DNA of 44,810 bases from an uncultured Lachnospiraceae bacterium (GCA_947565885.1 CANOHX010000001.1:1-44810), one strand, 5' to 3'; shown: positions 1 through 9,981, numbered from the stretch's first letter. Numbers and translations: made by a program. Notes: a model not told the origin generated them from the letters alone.

Positions 1-824
1 GATACATCCGCGGTGTCATCCCACGCTCCGCCTCCCTGCTGATAGAGCTCTATGATAGATTTTGCGCTCAGCACCGTGTCATAGAGACAGTATTCATCCA
101 CTGCCGCGTTTAATGAAGGCGTATGGTAATTTTCCCCATTCCAGCCAATGGATTTCTGCACTGTCGGGCAAGGGCTTATCGCGCCTCCGCCCGCATTGCC
201 GCCCATCGTGACTGTCTGCTGGATGCCGTTGCGGTAAATCAGCGCTTTCTTCGTATCGCTGTCATAAGTTACCGCCAGATGCGTCCACTCCCCAGTTGGA
301 AAAAGCACATTGACATCCCCCGCTACATTGGCCTGATAATTACCTCCCGCTGTGAGCACTATCGCCCCTGTGTTCGCTTTCAGGGACAGATACCAGCCCT
401 CCTGGTCCCAATTTGGTTTATTCCAGGTAATAACCTGTTCCCCGGTTAGCGCTGCATTCGGCTTTATCCACAGGGAAAGCGTCAGCTTGCTCGGCGAAAG
501 CGCTTCATTCTTCCCCAGGTCCAGATATGTCTTTCCGTCAAAAGAAAGGGCCTTGCCGCCATTCCTTCCCTCCACAAAATCCAGCGACCCGCTGGCGTCT
601 TCAAACACCGTCCCAACCAGTCTCTTCGCCGTCACCTGGGTGTCGCTGGCGGACGTGTCCTTCAGGTTCTCTTCAAACTTCAGCTCCAGCACGGGAGATT
701 CCGCCACTGCCCGCACAGAATCTTCTGTCTGCAGCCCCTCAGCATGGAGCTGGGTCGTCGGCAGCCCTGTCACTGCCACCGCGGCAGCAAGTATAGCTGC
801 CAGAATCTTTTTCGTCTTCTTCAT
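1..824 (-). CDS. N-terminal part of a secreted LamG-domain protein, probably a large glycoside hydrolase (runs off the left edge; missing from the ORF track)
   Basis: ATG at 824 follows the RBS GGAGAGGAG and the frame is open to the window edge. It reads MKKTKKILAAILAAAVAVTGLPTTQLHA (signal peptide), then VLELKFEENLKD..ALSFDGKTYLDLG..LSLWIK..WNKPNWDQEGWYLS..FPTGEWTHLAVTY, collinear with the LamG domain of 16405..21747. Confidence 0.85.
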   Translation of the reverse strand, partial: MKKTKKILAAILAAAVAVTGLPTTQLHAEGLQTEDSVRAVAESPVLELKFEENLKDTSASDTQVTAKRLVGTVFEDASGSLDFVEGRNGGKALSFDGKTYLDLGKNEALSPSKLTLSLWIKPNAALTGEQVITWNKPNWDQEGWYLSLKANTGAIVLTAGGNYQANVAGDVNVLFPTGEWTHLAVTYDSDTKKALIYRNGIQQTVTMGGNAGGGAISPCPTVQKSIGWNGENYHTPSLNAAVDEYCLYDTVLSAKSIIELYQQGGGAWDDTADV

Positions 825-1102
825 CTCTCTTCTCCTCTCCTTTATATTTCATATACAATGATTTTATCATATAGAAAATGAAATTAATACGCATTTTCGA
901 TAAAAAACTGCTCAATTTTGAGCATATTTTCTGTATTATTGTAGGTATAGTCCGCAATCATTTCAATGAAATACCGTGAAAAACCACAAATTTTCCGCCC
1001 CTTTGGATGACCGTTTCCAATTTCCCAGCTACGGAAAAGGCTTTATCAGAGTTCCTCTAATTGAAACTCTTTCAAAACATGGAAGAATCTGGTAAAAATT
1101 AG

Positions 1103-1130
1103 TTGAAAAATATCTCAAAAGTGGTACATT
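1103..1130 (+). promoter_or_regulatory. sigma-A-type promoter of pta
   Basis: TTGAAA-16 nt-TACATT with an extended TG; AGGAGG RBS upstream of the ATG at 1205. Confidence 0.5.
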
Positions 1131-1204
1131 ATATTTAGGGAATTACCAAAAATAATTTAATTACTGATGACAGAGTCAGATAGATGTAAGGAGGATTTCA
1201 TAAC

Positions 1205-2215
1205 ATGAGCAGGAACATGCATGGTTTTGGCGCAATGATTAAGAAACTGAAACAGAGCCCCAAAAGGATTGTCTTCACGGAGGGCAGTGACCCACGTATC
1301 TTAGAGGCTGCTTCCCGGCTTCTTGCTTCTAATTTCCTGACGCCGCTTCTGGTCGGCACGCAGGAGGAAGTGGAAGAGGCGGCAGAGGAATATGGCTACA
1401 ATATCCGCGGAGCACAGATTATTGACCCGGCAAATTTTGAAAAATTGGACGAGATGGTTGAGATGCTGTGTGAACTTCGAAAAAGTAAGAATCTGCAGCC
1501 GGAAAGAGCGCGTGAGATTTTGCTGCAGGGCAATTATTTTGGTACAATGCTGGTAAAAATGGGATATGCCGATTCCCTCCTGGGCGGCGCTACTTATACC
1601 ACGGCTGACACTATTCGCCCGGCGCTGCAGTTGATTAAGGCGAAACCGGGACATAACATCGTATCATCCTGCTTTATCCTGGTACGTCCGTCCGCTACCG
1701 GTGAGAATGAAGTGCTTGCCATGGCAGACTGCGCTATCAATATCAAGCCCAACGAAGACGAGCTTGCCGAGATTGCCATTGAGGCCGCCAAATGCGGAGA
1801 GCTTTTCGGCATTGACCCCAAGGTTGCATTCCTCAGCTATTCCACGCTCGGCTCCGGTGCCGGAGAGGACGTAGACAAGATGCACAATGCCGCCATCAAG
1901 GCAAAAGCCATGAACCCCAACCTGCCCATTTCCGGCGAAATGCAGTTTGACGCTGCCGTTTCCCCACGTGTAGCACGCACCAAATGCCCGGATGACCCGG
2001 TTGCCGGACATGCCAACGTCTTTATTTTCCCGGATATCAATGCCGGAAATATCGGCTATAAGATTGCACAGCGCATGGGTAACTTTGAGGCATACGGACC
2101 CATTCTCTTGGGCCTGAATTCACCGATTAACGATCTGTCCAGAGGATGCAATGCGGATGAAGTATACTCTATGGCAATCATTACCGCCGCACTGGTAGAC
2201 GAAGACATTGAATAG
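1205..2215 (+). CDS. pta: phosphate acetyltransferase
   Basis: RIVFTEGSDPRIL, DCAIN, GEMQFDAA, FPDINAGNIGYK and NDLSRGC motifs of the PTA/PTB family. Confidence 0.93.
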   Translation: MSRNMHGFGAMIKKLKQSPKRIVFTEGSDPRILEAASRLLASNFLTPLLVGTQEEVEEAAEEYGYNIRGAQIIDPANFEKLDEMVEMLCELRKSKNLQPERAREILLQGNYFGTMLVKMGYADSLLGGATYTTADTIRPALQLIKAKPGHNIVSSCFILVRPSATGENEVLAMADCAINIKPNEDELAEIAIEAAKCGELFGIDPKVAFLSYSTLGSGAGEDVDKMHNAAIKAKAMNPNLPISGEMQFDAAVSPRVARTKCPDDPVAGHANVFIFPDINAGNIGYKIAQRMGNFEAYGPILLGLNSPINDLSRGCNADEVYSMAIITAALVDEDIE

Positions 2216-2223
2216 GATTTTAA

Positions 2224-2397
2224 AACAAAGTGTGCAATCCCCAGGGGATTGCACACTTTGATGCACCGAGTGCAGTCGCTGTAGCGACTAATACCTTTTG
2301 CACGAGTGCGCATCCTGCCTGGAGGGCTTTTATTTTATAGAAAAGCCTACACTTCCGCACGTTAATGCAACACGGTCTTTCCTATAAATAAAAGCCC
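2224..2397. repeat. multi-hairpin intergenic element, copy 1 (structured ncRNA or REP/MITE-like element)
   Basis: Perfect 17-bp inverted repeat at 2226-2260, nested GTGC/GCAC and GTCGCT/AGCGAC stems, and a long TTATAGAAAAG..CTTTCCTATAA stem. Homologous to 15965-16146. Confidence 0.7.
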
Positions 2398-2426
2398 CGG
2401 CTGTCCGCAGACATCCGGGGTTCTTT
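2391..2426. terminator. probable bidirectional intrinsic terminator between the convergent pta and MCP genes
   Basis: AAAGCCCCGG-CTGTC-CGCA-GACAT-CCGGGGTTCTTT hairpin with A/T tracts on both sides. Confidence 0.6.
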
Positions 2427-2459
2427 ACATAATTTATATTCTGATTTAATTATCTGAAA

Positions 2460-4544
2460 TCACTGCATGTGGAATGTTGCCACAATCTCCTTGAGTTTCT
2501 CGATATTTGCCTGGTTATGCTCGATAAGGTCGCTGTTCGACCCTACAACTCCTGACATCTCCTGTGTCTTTCCGGCAATTTCCGTGATGCCCTCAGCCGC
2601 TTCTATCGTCGTATGGCTCACATGTTCCACCGCATCCGCCATATCGACAATGGCTGTCAGCAGAGTCTCAATCTGCTGGTTGATGTCGCCCATGTTCTCT
2701 TCCACTCCAGCCGCATCGCTGCTATACTGTTCTGCCACTTCCATGAAATCTCCGTAGTCCTTAAGCACCGTCTCTTCCAGAAAAGCCATACTCTCATCCA
2801 AGCATGCCGTCATATTGCCCACGGCGCTGTTGACTTCTGCTATAATCCCATTGATATCCCCAACAGTAGATGAAGTCTGGTCGGCTAAGGCGCCAATCTC
2901 TCCAGCCACCACGGCAAAACCTCTCCCGGCTTCACCCGCCCGCGCTGCCTCAATAGAGGCATTCAGCGCCAAAAGGTTTGTCTGGGAAGAAATATCTAAA
3001 ATCGACTGGGTCAGCTCATTGATATGCGAGACGGCCTTGGCCTGTTCCATGGCTTCCTTCGTCTTCTCCTGCACGCTGGCATACATCTGCTGCGTACGCT
3101 CGCTGGCCTCCCTGGTGCTCCCTTTGAGTTTCTCCGCCCTGCCGCGGATTTCCACAGAATCATTCTTACCGGCATCGGAACGCCCGCGGATTGCCTCCGC
3201 CCTGTCGCGGATATTGGCAATCGTGCCGTTAACCATATCCATGGCATCCGCCGTCTCCTGCATAGCAGCCGCCAGTTCCTGTGTTGTCGCCGAGTTATCC
3301 TCACTCATGCTATTCACTTTCTCCGTGGTGTCCGAAAGCTGCTCCATGCTCGACGCCATATCCATATACGCCTGCCGGATGTTCTCTACCATGCCGCGCA
3401 GACTGTCCCTCATATCATGCAGGGAATGCGCCATGCTCGCGGTCTCGTCCTTTTTCTTATACAGGCTCTCGCTGGAGGCATAATGGGTAAAGTTAAATTT
3501 CGCCGTCTCACCCACTATACTGTTAATCTGGCGGATTGGCTTCGTCAGGGAAATGCTGAGCACAAACCCTACCAGCGCTGCCACCACTAACGCTATCACA
3601 GCCCCGATAAAAATTAACGTCTGCATCGTCTTGGCCTGTGACGCAAATTCTGCCGCCGGTGCGGTCAGAACAAACCGCATACCGTTGATTAAGGAAACAT
3701 AGCACATATTTTTCTTAACGCCATTCCAAGTATACTGCTGGATTACTTTTTCCTGGTCCGGCAGCGCCAAGTTTGCCGCAACGCCTTCCAGTCCCTGCTC
3801 CGCCATGCTCACCCCATTCTCAAGTTCCTTGTGATGCATGATGAGCCCCTGCTCATTCGCCAGGAAAGCATAGCCGCTCTGGAAAATGCTGCATGCTTCC
3901 AGCACCTCCGTAAAGGAACTGAAATCAATATCCATGCCGATAATCCCCACAGATTCCCCATCCACAAACAGCGGTATGACATAAGAAATCATATAGACAT
4001 TGATATTTGAATTCAGGTAAGGTTCCATCCAGGTCGGCTGCTGATTCCCCACCGGAATGTAATACCAGCCCACATGCTCCAAATCATCCGGCTCATACAT
4101 GGTAAAATCTGTTGGTTCTATCTCCTGGAACTCACTGTCCGCAGAATCACGGGTATAGAAAACCCCGCTGGTAGGCTCTGTAAATTCCGGATTATAACGG
4201 ATATAAACACTCATAGCTCCCTGTGTATGTACAGCTGTCTGCTTCAGCATAGGCGCAATCTTATCTGTGTATGCCTCCACATACCCTGCATCCGTTTTGA
4301 ACTTCCCGAAATCCTCAAGCTCCGCAAGGGCAAAATCAGAAAGAGTGTCCACCGACTGCGACACCTGCCTCATCATGCCGTCAAGTTCTTTGCTCTGATT
4401 CTCACAAACCAGCTCCATCTGCTCCCGGGAATTCTCCTCCACCGCCCTGGAACTCTCAAACACGCTGATGCTGCCACAAATTACTGTGGAAATTAAAGAA
4501 CACATTAATACTACCAACACAATCTTGGACTTGATGCTTCTCAT
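2460..4544 (-). CDS. methyl-accepting chemotaxis protein with a dCache-type sensor domain
   Basis: Two TM segments, Cache-like WY..P..W.EPY region, HAMP domain, and the signalling hairpin [27 protein letters not shown]. Confidence 0.93.
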   Translation of the reverse strand: MRSIKSKIVLVVLMCSLISTVICGSISVFESSRAVEENSREQMELVCENQSKELDGMMRQVSQSVDTLSDFALAELEDFGKFKTDAGYVEAYTDKIAPMLKQTAVHTQGAMSVYIRYNPEFTEPTSGVFYTRDSADSEFQEIEPTDFTMYEPDDLEHVGWYYIPVGNQQPTWMEPYLNSNINVYMISYVIPLFVDGESVGIIGMDIDFSSFTEVLEACSIFQSGYAFLANEQGLIMHHKELENGVSMAEQGLEGVAANLALPDQEKVIQQYTWNGVKKNMCYVSLINGMRFVLTAPAAEFASQAKTMQTLIFIGAVIALVVAALVGFVLSISLTKPIRQINSIVGETAKFNFTHYASSESLYKKKDETASMAHSLHDMRDSLRGMVENIRQAYMDMASSMEQLSDTTEKVNSMSEDNSATTQELAAAMQETADAMDMVNGTIANIRDRAEAIRGRSDAGKNDSVEIRGRAEKLKGSTREASERTQQMYASVQEKTKEAMEQAKAVSHINELTQSILDISSQTNLLALNASIEAARAGEAGRGFAVVAGEIGALADQTSSTVGDINGIIAEVNSAVGNMTACLDESMAFLEETVLKDYGDFMEVAEQYSSDAAGVEENMGDINQQIETLLTAIVDMADAVEHVSHTTIEAAEGITEIAGKTQEMSGVVGSNSDLIEHNQANIEKLKEIVATFHMQ

Positions 4545-4619
4545 AGAAATCCCCTTTCCTTATGTTTTGATGATTAGTTCGATTTTATCATGTTTTGCAA
4601 GAAAAATCTACTATACTTG

Positions 4620-4648
4620 ACACATTTTTCATGCCCTCGCATATTGTA
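4620..4648 (+). promoter_or_regulatory. mother-cell sporulation (sigma-K/sigma-E-like) promoter
   Basis: ACAC-16 nt-CATATTGTA matches the AC-N16-CATAnnnTA pattern and lies upstream of a spore hydrolase gene. Confidence 0.45.
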
Positions 4649-4671
4649 TTTAAAAAGAAATCCGTGATTTT

Positions 4672-5850
4672 ATGAGAATATATGTAGTGCAGCCCGGGGA
4701 CAGCGTAGATACAATCGCAGATTCCCAAAATGTTTCCGCGCAGGCAATCATCTACGACAACCAGCTTGCATACCCTTATGCACTGGCAGTGGGCCAGGCG
4801 CTCCTTCTGCCAGGTTCTGCCGCTTCCAATGAGGAAAATGCCTCTGGCAGCTCTGATACAGACAGCTCATCTGCCGCAAAATACCCCGCTTACGCGGGTG
4901 GCTATGCATACCCCTTTATCAGCCGCTGGGTATTAGAGCAGACGCTGCCTTATCTCTCCGACCTCTTTATCTTTTCTTACGGATTCACAACAACGGGAGA
5001 ACTAGTCCCTCCGCAATTGGATGATACCTTTATGATAAGCGCGGCAAAAAATTACGGCGTGGCTCCCATCCTCACGCTGACGCCGTTCGGTCCTGACGGA
5101 CGTTTCAGCAACTACCTGATTTCCCAAGTGGTCAATAACGAAACTGCAAAGGCAGCCTTAATTGAAAATATCACCGCCCAGATTCAGCAGCGTGGTTTTG
5201 AAGGCGTAGACATCGACTTTGAATATATCCTTCCCGAAGACAAGTATGCTTTTGCCGACTTCGTCCGCGACATACGCACTGCCGTAAACGCATTGAACTA
5301 TCCGGTTTCTGTAGCTTTAGCGCCCAAAATTTCTGACACGCAGACAGGTCTTTTATACGAGGGCAAAGATTATGGGCTGCTGGGCGAGGCCGCAGATTAC
5401 GTGCTTTTGATGACATACGAATGGGGTTATACCTACGGTCCGGCAATGGCTGTCGCCCCCCTCAACAAAGTCCGCCAGGTCGTGGAATACGCCCTGACCA
5501 AAATACCCCCACAAAAAATAAACCTAGGCATCCCCAATTACGGTTACGACTGGACGCTTCCCTATGTAAAAGGCTCTTCCAAGGCCAAAACCATCGGAAA
5601 TATCGAAGCCGTGCAGATTGCCATTGCCAGGGGAGCCGAAATCCGCTTCGATGAGACTGCGCAGTCCCCTTATTTTAATTACGTGCTGGATGGTGCCACA
5701 CACGAAGTCTGGTTTGAAGACGTGCGAAGCCTTTCGGCAAAATTCAGTCTGGTAAAAGAATATCAGCTGCGCGGCATGAGCTACTGGCAGATTATGCAGC
5801 TTTTCCGGGCGAACTGGCTGCTGCTTGACGACACATTCGCCATACGGTAA
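4672..5850 (+). CDS. LysM + GH18 spore cortex/germination hydrolase (YaaH/SleL/YdhD-like)
   Basis: N-terminal LysM (IYVVQPGDSVDTIA), GH18 catalytic DIDFE, LMTYEWG, LGIPNYGYDW and VWFED motifs. Confidence 0.88.
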   Translation: MRIYVVQPGDSVDTIADSQNVSAQAIIYDNQLAYPYALAVGQALLLPGSAASNEENASGSSDTDSSSAAKYPAYAGGYAYPFISRWVLEQTLPYLSDLFIFSYGFTTTGELVPPQLDDTFMISAAKNYGVAPILTLTPFGPDGRFSNYLISQVVNNETAKAALIENITAQIQQRGFEGVDIDFEYILPEDKYAFADFVRDIRTAVNALNYPVSVALAPKISDTQTGLLYEGKDYGLLGEAADYVLLMTYEWGYTYGPAMAVAPLNKVRQVVEYALTKIPPQKINLGIPNYGYDWTLPYVKGSSKAKTIGNIEAVQIAIARGAEIRFDETAQSPYFNYVLDGATHEVWFEDVRSLSAKFSLVKEYQLRGMSYWQIMQLFRANWLLLDDTFAIR

Positions 5851-5914
5851 ATGCTGGCTCCCGGCACACTGCAAATACCGCAAACGCTGGCTCTCGGCGC
5901 ACTGCAAATACCAC
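5849..5914. repeat. 33-bp tandem repeat (2 copies) starting at the GH18 stop codon
   Basis: AAATGCTGGCTCCCGGCACACTGCAAATACCGC followed by AAACGCTGGCTCTCGGCGCACTGCAAATACCAC. Confidence 0.85.
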
Positions 5915-5972
5915 ATCTGCTATCTCCCATCACACTGCCGATATAGCAGATTCCAGCTTCTTACCGGCAATT

Positions 5973-8084
5973 TTACTGCAGCGGCTGATTAAGCTCCTCC
6001 GTACCCGCCACCACGAACTTACCATCCCGGATGACATCTTCGCAGCTCCCATCCTGCATGATAACCGTAATCGAATCCAATTCATCATAGGGGATGGTAA
6101 TATCCGTGTGGCAGTTATAGTATGCCTTGCTGGTATCCTCTTTCCTGCTAAGGGATACCTCATTGTCCCGCGCCACGATTTCCTTGCCATCCGGGTTGAA
6201 CACAGGCGTATCCTCCGCCCTGCTGTAACAGGTATCGCCCACTGCAAAATGCGGTCCCGTCTTCTCAGCAATCAGGATGGGCAGCTTATCCTGAATCTGA
6301 TAGTCCACGCCCATCCGGTAAGCGGTGGTATTGGTGCCGATTGCAAACTCGCCCAGGGGCAGCGTATCGTGATGCTTTAAGAGGTTCTCTTTGATGAATT
6401 TCCGGTTTTCCTGCTCAGAATCAAAATTCCGGCAGGAATAGTTACATATCATGCCATCTTTAAAATCAAGTTCCAAATCCAGGTATTTCATGCCGTCCAG
6501 AAATACCTGCGTCACATGAAGATGCCCTTGCGTGCCTTTCAGCAGCGGTGAGGTGAACACTTCTCCCACCGGAATATTGACGTCCGCCACGCAGTTCTCA
6601 AAGTTGGTCTGTTTTGCCGGATTTTCCAGCGGATGCAGCGCCACCGTCATATCCGTGGCATTCCTGCCCTTGCCAGTGATATGCACAGACGCACCCTTAT
6701 CCAGGACGTCAATCAATTTCTGCTGCATAGTCTGGTACAATTTATAATCCAGGGTATTGACCTCTGCCGTCCTGGCAAATATCTCTCCAAACTGCGCTCC
6801 AATCTCCGGAATGGGGTAGGAAATAATCGTAAAGCTGCGCTCCTCTCCCTTAATGTATTCGTTTGTAATTTCCATAGACTGTCCTGCCAGATAAACGTTC
6901 AGCTTCTGCTGTTTGCCGTCCAGCCGGTACGCCTGGACGCACGGTTTTGGCACAAAGCCCTCCTCGCCAAATGTTTCCACCACCGCCGGACCGGCATAGA
7001 GCGCCGCCGCTTCTTTCCTTTCTTCATAAGCGCTGCGCAGAGCCTCTAGCCGCCGCTCCACAAACGCCTTATCAAAATAGGCCGCCTTGTCAGACTTATG
7101 GTCGTATCCGTACTGGCGGTTGGGAGACGTCCCTGATACGGAAGAACTGGCATTTCCCCTGCCGGAAAAAGATGTCTCCCCATTGCGTGAAACCACGGGC
7201 TGCAGTCCCATTTCCTGAAAATTCTTTACCGCCGCGCGCAGCATCCGCTCAAATCCTATCGGATAACGCAATTCCACAAATTTCTTCTTCGACAAATCTT
7301 TCCCGGTGACTGCAAAACCGATGCGGTAGCCTTCCGTATAGGTCTTTGCCATCGCCTGAATCTTTTCCTCTTCCATGCCGTTCAGAAACTTTGCAACCTC
7401 AATCTCATTGGCGGAAATATATGCGCCATAGCGGTAAAGATAACGCAGGTCCGATAAGTCGCTGTCCATGATGATTTGCGTATAGAAATCCAATTCCGGG
7501 CTGGTCTGCGACCGTACGCTGATTTCCATAAACACTTCGCTGTAATCATGGTAAAACCAGTAAATTATCTGCTGGATTTCTCTTTCTTCCGGCTGCTCCT
7601 CCTGCTCAAAGCAATTATATATCTCAATCAGCAGTTCCCCAAAAATCGTCAGCTCATAATTCCTGCCCTCAAACGCATACGGAATCAGCGCACGTATGTC
7701 CGCATAAAGCATACCAAGCAGCTTCCCATAACCTTCCCCCAACTGTTCGGCGGCATATGCCGGATTTCCATAGCTCCGCCCATAATGTTCCGGCAATATA
7801 TCCTCATAAAGCGCCCGGTTTTGCGACTGCAGTTCCTCCAGGCTTTTCTTCGTGAAAAATTCCGGCAATCCACCCCGCAGATTCCCTTTTTCCATCGTGC
7901 CTGCATGGATTTCCTCTTCCAGAACGCAGAGCCTGTGCAAAAAAGCAGCGACATGCCGGAAATACCCTCGCCAGCGGACCGCCACTGTCTCCTCTGCTTC
8001 CATCTGTTTCAATCGTCCCTCAACCAGGGGAAAACGTTCCTCAACTTCCTCACGGTAAGAAAGCCAAAATTCCTGATACCCCAT
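5973..8084 (-). CDS. aminopeptidase, peptidase M29-like, with a long N-terminal extension
   Basis: C-terminal NIPVGEVFTSP, LGEFAIG, EKTGPHFAVG and HTDIT metal-binding motifs typical of AmpS/AmpT-type enzymes. Confidence 0.8.
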   Translation of the reverse strand: MGYQEFWLSYREEVEERFPLVEGRLKQMEAEETVAVRWRGYFRHVAAFLHRLCVLEEEIHAGTMEKGNLRGGLPEFFTKKSLEELQSQNRALYEDILPEHYGRSYGNPAYAAEQLGEGYGKLLGMLYADIRALIPYAFEGRNYELTIFGELLIEIYNCFEQEEQPEEREIQQIIYWFYHDYSEVFMEISVRSQTSPELDFYTQIIMDSDLSDLRYLYRYGAYISANEIEVAKFLNGMEEEKIQAMAKTYTEGYRIGFAVTGKDLSKKKFVELRYPIGFERMLRAAVKNFQEMGLQPVVSRNGETSFSGRGNASSSVSGTSPNRQYGYDHKSDKAAYFDKAFVERRLEALRSAYEERKEAAALYAGPAVVETFGEEGFVPKPCVQAYRLDGKQQKLNVYLAGQSMEITNEYIKGEERSFTIISYPIPEIGAQFGEIFARTAEVNTLDYKLYQTMQQKLIDVLDKGASVHITGKGRNATDMTVALHPLENPAKQTNFENCVADVNIPVGEVFTSPLLKGTQGHLHVTQVFLDGMKYLDLELDFKDGMICNYSCRNFDSEQENRKFIKENLLKHHDTLPLGEFAIGTNTTAYRMGVDYQIQDKLPILIAEKTGPHFAVGDTCYSRAEDTPVFNPDGKEIVARDNEVSLSRKEDTSKAYYNCHTDITIPYDELDSITVIMQDGSCEDVIRDGKFVVAGTEELNQPLQ

Positions 8085-8146
8085 ACAATGGCCTCATTTC
8101 TGTTAAATTTATCCCAAATTAATATTGTCAATACTAAAATTACACT

Positions 8147-8262
8147 CTGGGCAAGTCAATAAAATCCCAGGGCATATATTGCTGCCTGGGCAAGTCAATA
8201 AAATCCCAGGGCATATACTGCGCCTGAGCAAGTCAATAAAATCCCCAGACATATACTGCCAC
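8147..8262. repeat. 38-39 bp tandem repeat (3 copies); the third copy is the 3' end of the 8233..8553 gene
   Basis: CTG(G/A)GCAAGTCAATAAAATCCC.. units start at 8147, 8186 and 8224 with no spacers. Confidence 0.9.
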
Positions 8263-8553
8263 CCAGCCTGCCAGTACCAGCCCGGAACATACGCTTCCCA
8301 AAACCGGAAACAGCTTATAGCTGTCTTCCCCCAGGCTGACAAGCCCTATGAGCAGGGAGACAAACGATACCATCAGCGCAAATAAGCCCGCGCTTCCGAT
8401 ATATGGATTGGCAGCCCCTCCATGCTGAATGGAAATCCCAATCATAACAATACCTGCCAGCAGAGAAACCACTGCCAGCAGCAGCGACAGTTTCCCTCGT
8501 TTAGAATGTTTCTTATCTCCAAATTTATATGCGTTCTTCCTCTTTCGTCTCAT
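8233..8553 (-). CDS. small three-TM membrane protein (DUF6142-like)
   Basis: Basic N-terminus YKFGDKKHSKRG followed by three hydrophobic segments; overlaps the end of the VanZ gene. Confidence 0.75.
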   Translation of the reverse strand: MRRKRKNAYKFGDKKHSKRGKLSLLLAVVSLLAGIVMIGISIQHGGAANPYIGSAGLFALMVSFVSLLIGLVSLGEDSYKLFPVLGSVCSGLVLAGWVAVYVWGFY

Positions 8554-9004
8554 ACGTTCTCCTTATCCGGTTCATCCACAGGAAAATCAGGCAGCCCAAG
8601 GCTCCCCCGATGGTGTTCAGCAAGAGGTCGTCCACGTCAAAGCTCCCTACCTTGGACACCAGCTGGATAGTTTCTACCATAAGGCTCAGTTCAAAGCTGA
8701 AAAATGTCGTGCGCAGCAAGGACCTGCACTTATTATGCAAAATCGGCAAAAAAAATCCAAAGGGAATGAATGCGACGACATTCCCCACCAGATTGAGCAG
8801 CACGGCCTGCATCCCCAGCACATGGCGGTATTTTATGAAACGTCCGATTTCCTTGAACAGTTCCAGGTTATAATGATAAGACCTGCTCTCAAAATCACGC
8901 CCCATGCTCTCTGCAAAAAACAAAAAATATGTCAAGCAAATAATATACACTCCGAACATGACTTTGCTGCATATTCGGAGTATTTTCCTGTAATCTTTTT
9001 TCAA
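8525..9004 (-). CDS. VanZ family membrane protein
   Basis: NLVGNVVAFIPFGF, ETIQL and FDVDDLLLNTIGG motifs. Confidence 0.88.
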   Translation of the reverse strand: MKKDYRKILRICSKVMFGVYIICLTYFLFFAESMGRDFESRSYHYNLELFKEIGRFIKYRHVLGMQAVLLNLVGNVVAFIPFGFFLPILHNKCRSLLRTTFFSFELSLMVETIQLVSKVGSFDVDDLLLNTIGGALGCLIFLWMNRIRRTYETKEEERI

Positions 9005-9013
9005 TTTCCCAAC

Positions 9014-9087
9014 CTTTAAAATATTATATCAGATTTTCTTTTCCACATAGCTTTAAAATATAATATCAGACTTCCTTCTCAACATGG
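9014..9087. repeat. 37-bp tandem duplication of the 3' end of the 9053..9205 gene
   Basis: CTTTAAAATATTATATCAGATTTTCTTTTCCACATAG (9014-9050) versus CTTTAAAATATAATATCAGACTTCCTTCTCAACATGG (9051-9087): 31/37 identical. Confidence 0.8.
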
Positions 9088-9205
9088 CGGCTCCGTTCAC
9101 AATTGCAAGCACTCCGCAGACAATGCCGCAAACCAGCACGACAACGCCGATGGCAATATTTCCGGCTCCGGCAACAGTCATGGCCTTATATGTCTTTTCG
9201 TTCAT
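9053..9205 (-). CDS. 50-aa hydrophobic membrane protein (below the ORF track cutoff)
   Basis: RBS AGGAG, then MNEKTYKAMTVAGAGNIAIGVVVLVCGIVCGVLAIVNGAAMLRRKSDIIF*. It starts 9 nt after the pyrE stop. Confidence 0.75.
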   Translation of the reverse strand: MNEKTYKAMTVAGAGNIAIGVVVLVCGIVCGVLAIVNGAAMLRRKSDIIF

Positions 9206-9214
9206 AATCCTCTC

Positions 9215-9889
9215 CTACCTCACTCCATACTGGGCGTAATAGTTATCAATGGCTGCTTTCATTTCATCATTAATATATATATTTCCTTTATATGGTTTAT
9301 TATACAAATATTCTACTACATCTTCCATCGTCACAATTGCATTTGTCGCAAATCCATACAAATCCCTGATTTCTTCCAAAGCGCTCTTCTCACCCTTGCC
9401 CCGCTCCATGCGGTTTAAGGACACGATAAGCCCTACAATCTCAATCTCTGCCTGTGCACGGATGATTGGGACTGTCTCCTCCATAGACTTGCCGGAAGTA
9501 GTCACATCCTCGATAATCACTACCTTATCTCCGTCTTTCAGCTTGCTTCCCAAGAGGATACCGGTATCTCCGTGGTCTTTAACCTCCTTGCGGTTGGAGC
9601 AGTAGCGGATTTCCCTGCCATAGAGCCTGCTGTATGCCATCGTGGTGGCTACGCTCAGGGGAATGCCCTTATATGCAGGTCCAAACAGGACGTCAAAATC
9701 ATCCCCATAATGCGCATGGATTGCCCGCGCGTAATACTCTCCCAGTTTGACAAGCTGCGCACCTGTCACATATGCCCCTGCATTCATGAAGAAAGGGGAC
9801 TTCCTCCCGCTCTTTAGTATAAATTCGCCAAATTTCAGTACCTGGCAGTCTACCATAAATTCAATAAATTCCTGTTTGTAATTATCCAT
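9215..9889 (-). CDS. pyrE: orotate phosphoribosyltransferase
   Basis: FGEFILKSGRKSPFF, GPAYKGIP, NRKEVKDHG and the PRPP-binding VIIEDVTTSGKS. Confidence 0.95.
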   Translation of the reverse strand: MDNYKQEFIEFMVDCQVLKFGEFILKSGRKSPFFMNAGAYVTGAQLVKLGEYYARAIHAHYGDDFDVLFGPAYKGIPLSVATTMAYSRLYGREIRYCSNRKEVKDHGDTGILLGSKLKDGDKVVIIEDVTTSGKSMEETVPIIRAQAEIEIVGLIVSLNRMERGKGEKSALEEIRDLYGFATNAIVTMEDVVEYLYNKPYKGNIYINDEMKAAIDNYYAQYGVR

Positions 9890-9923
9890 AGATTGTGATT
9901 CTCCTTAGCTTGCTGATAAACCT

Positions 9924-9952
9924 ATTATACTGAAAAGACTTTGTGGTGTAAA
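9924..9952 (-). promoter_or_regulatory. sigma-A promoter of pyrE
   Basis: Minus strand TTTACA-17 nt-TATAAT. Confidence 0.7.
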
Positions 9953-9981
9953 GCCTTTCTTTTAACTGAATTGCCCAAAAA

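Noticed and set aside
2261-2313. tRNA or tRNA-like gene
   Set aside because: No T-loop GTTC(G/A)A, no D-loop and no cloverleaf spacing.
8147-8262. CRISPR array
   Set aside because: The units are head-to-tail with no unique spacers, one unit is coding sequence, and there are no cas genes. The same applies to 5849-5914 and 26160-26251.
8525-9004. Glycopeptide resistance locus
   Set aside because: VanZ-like proteins are widespread and no other van genes are present.
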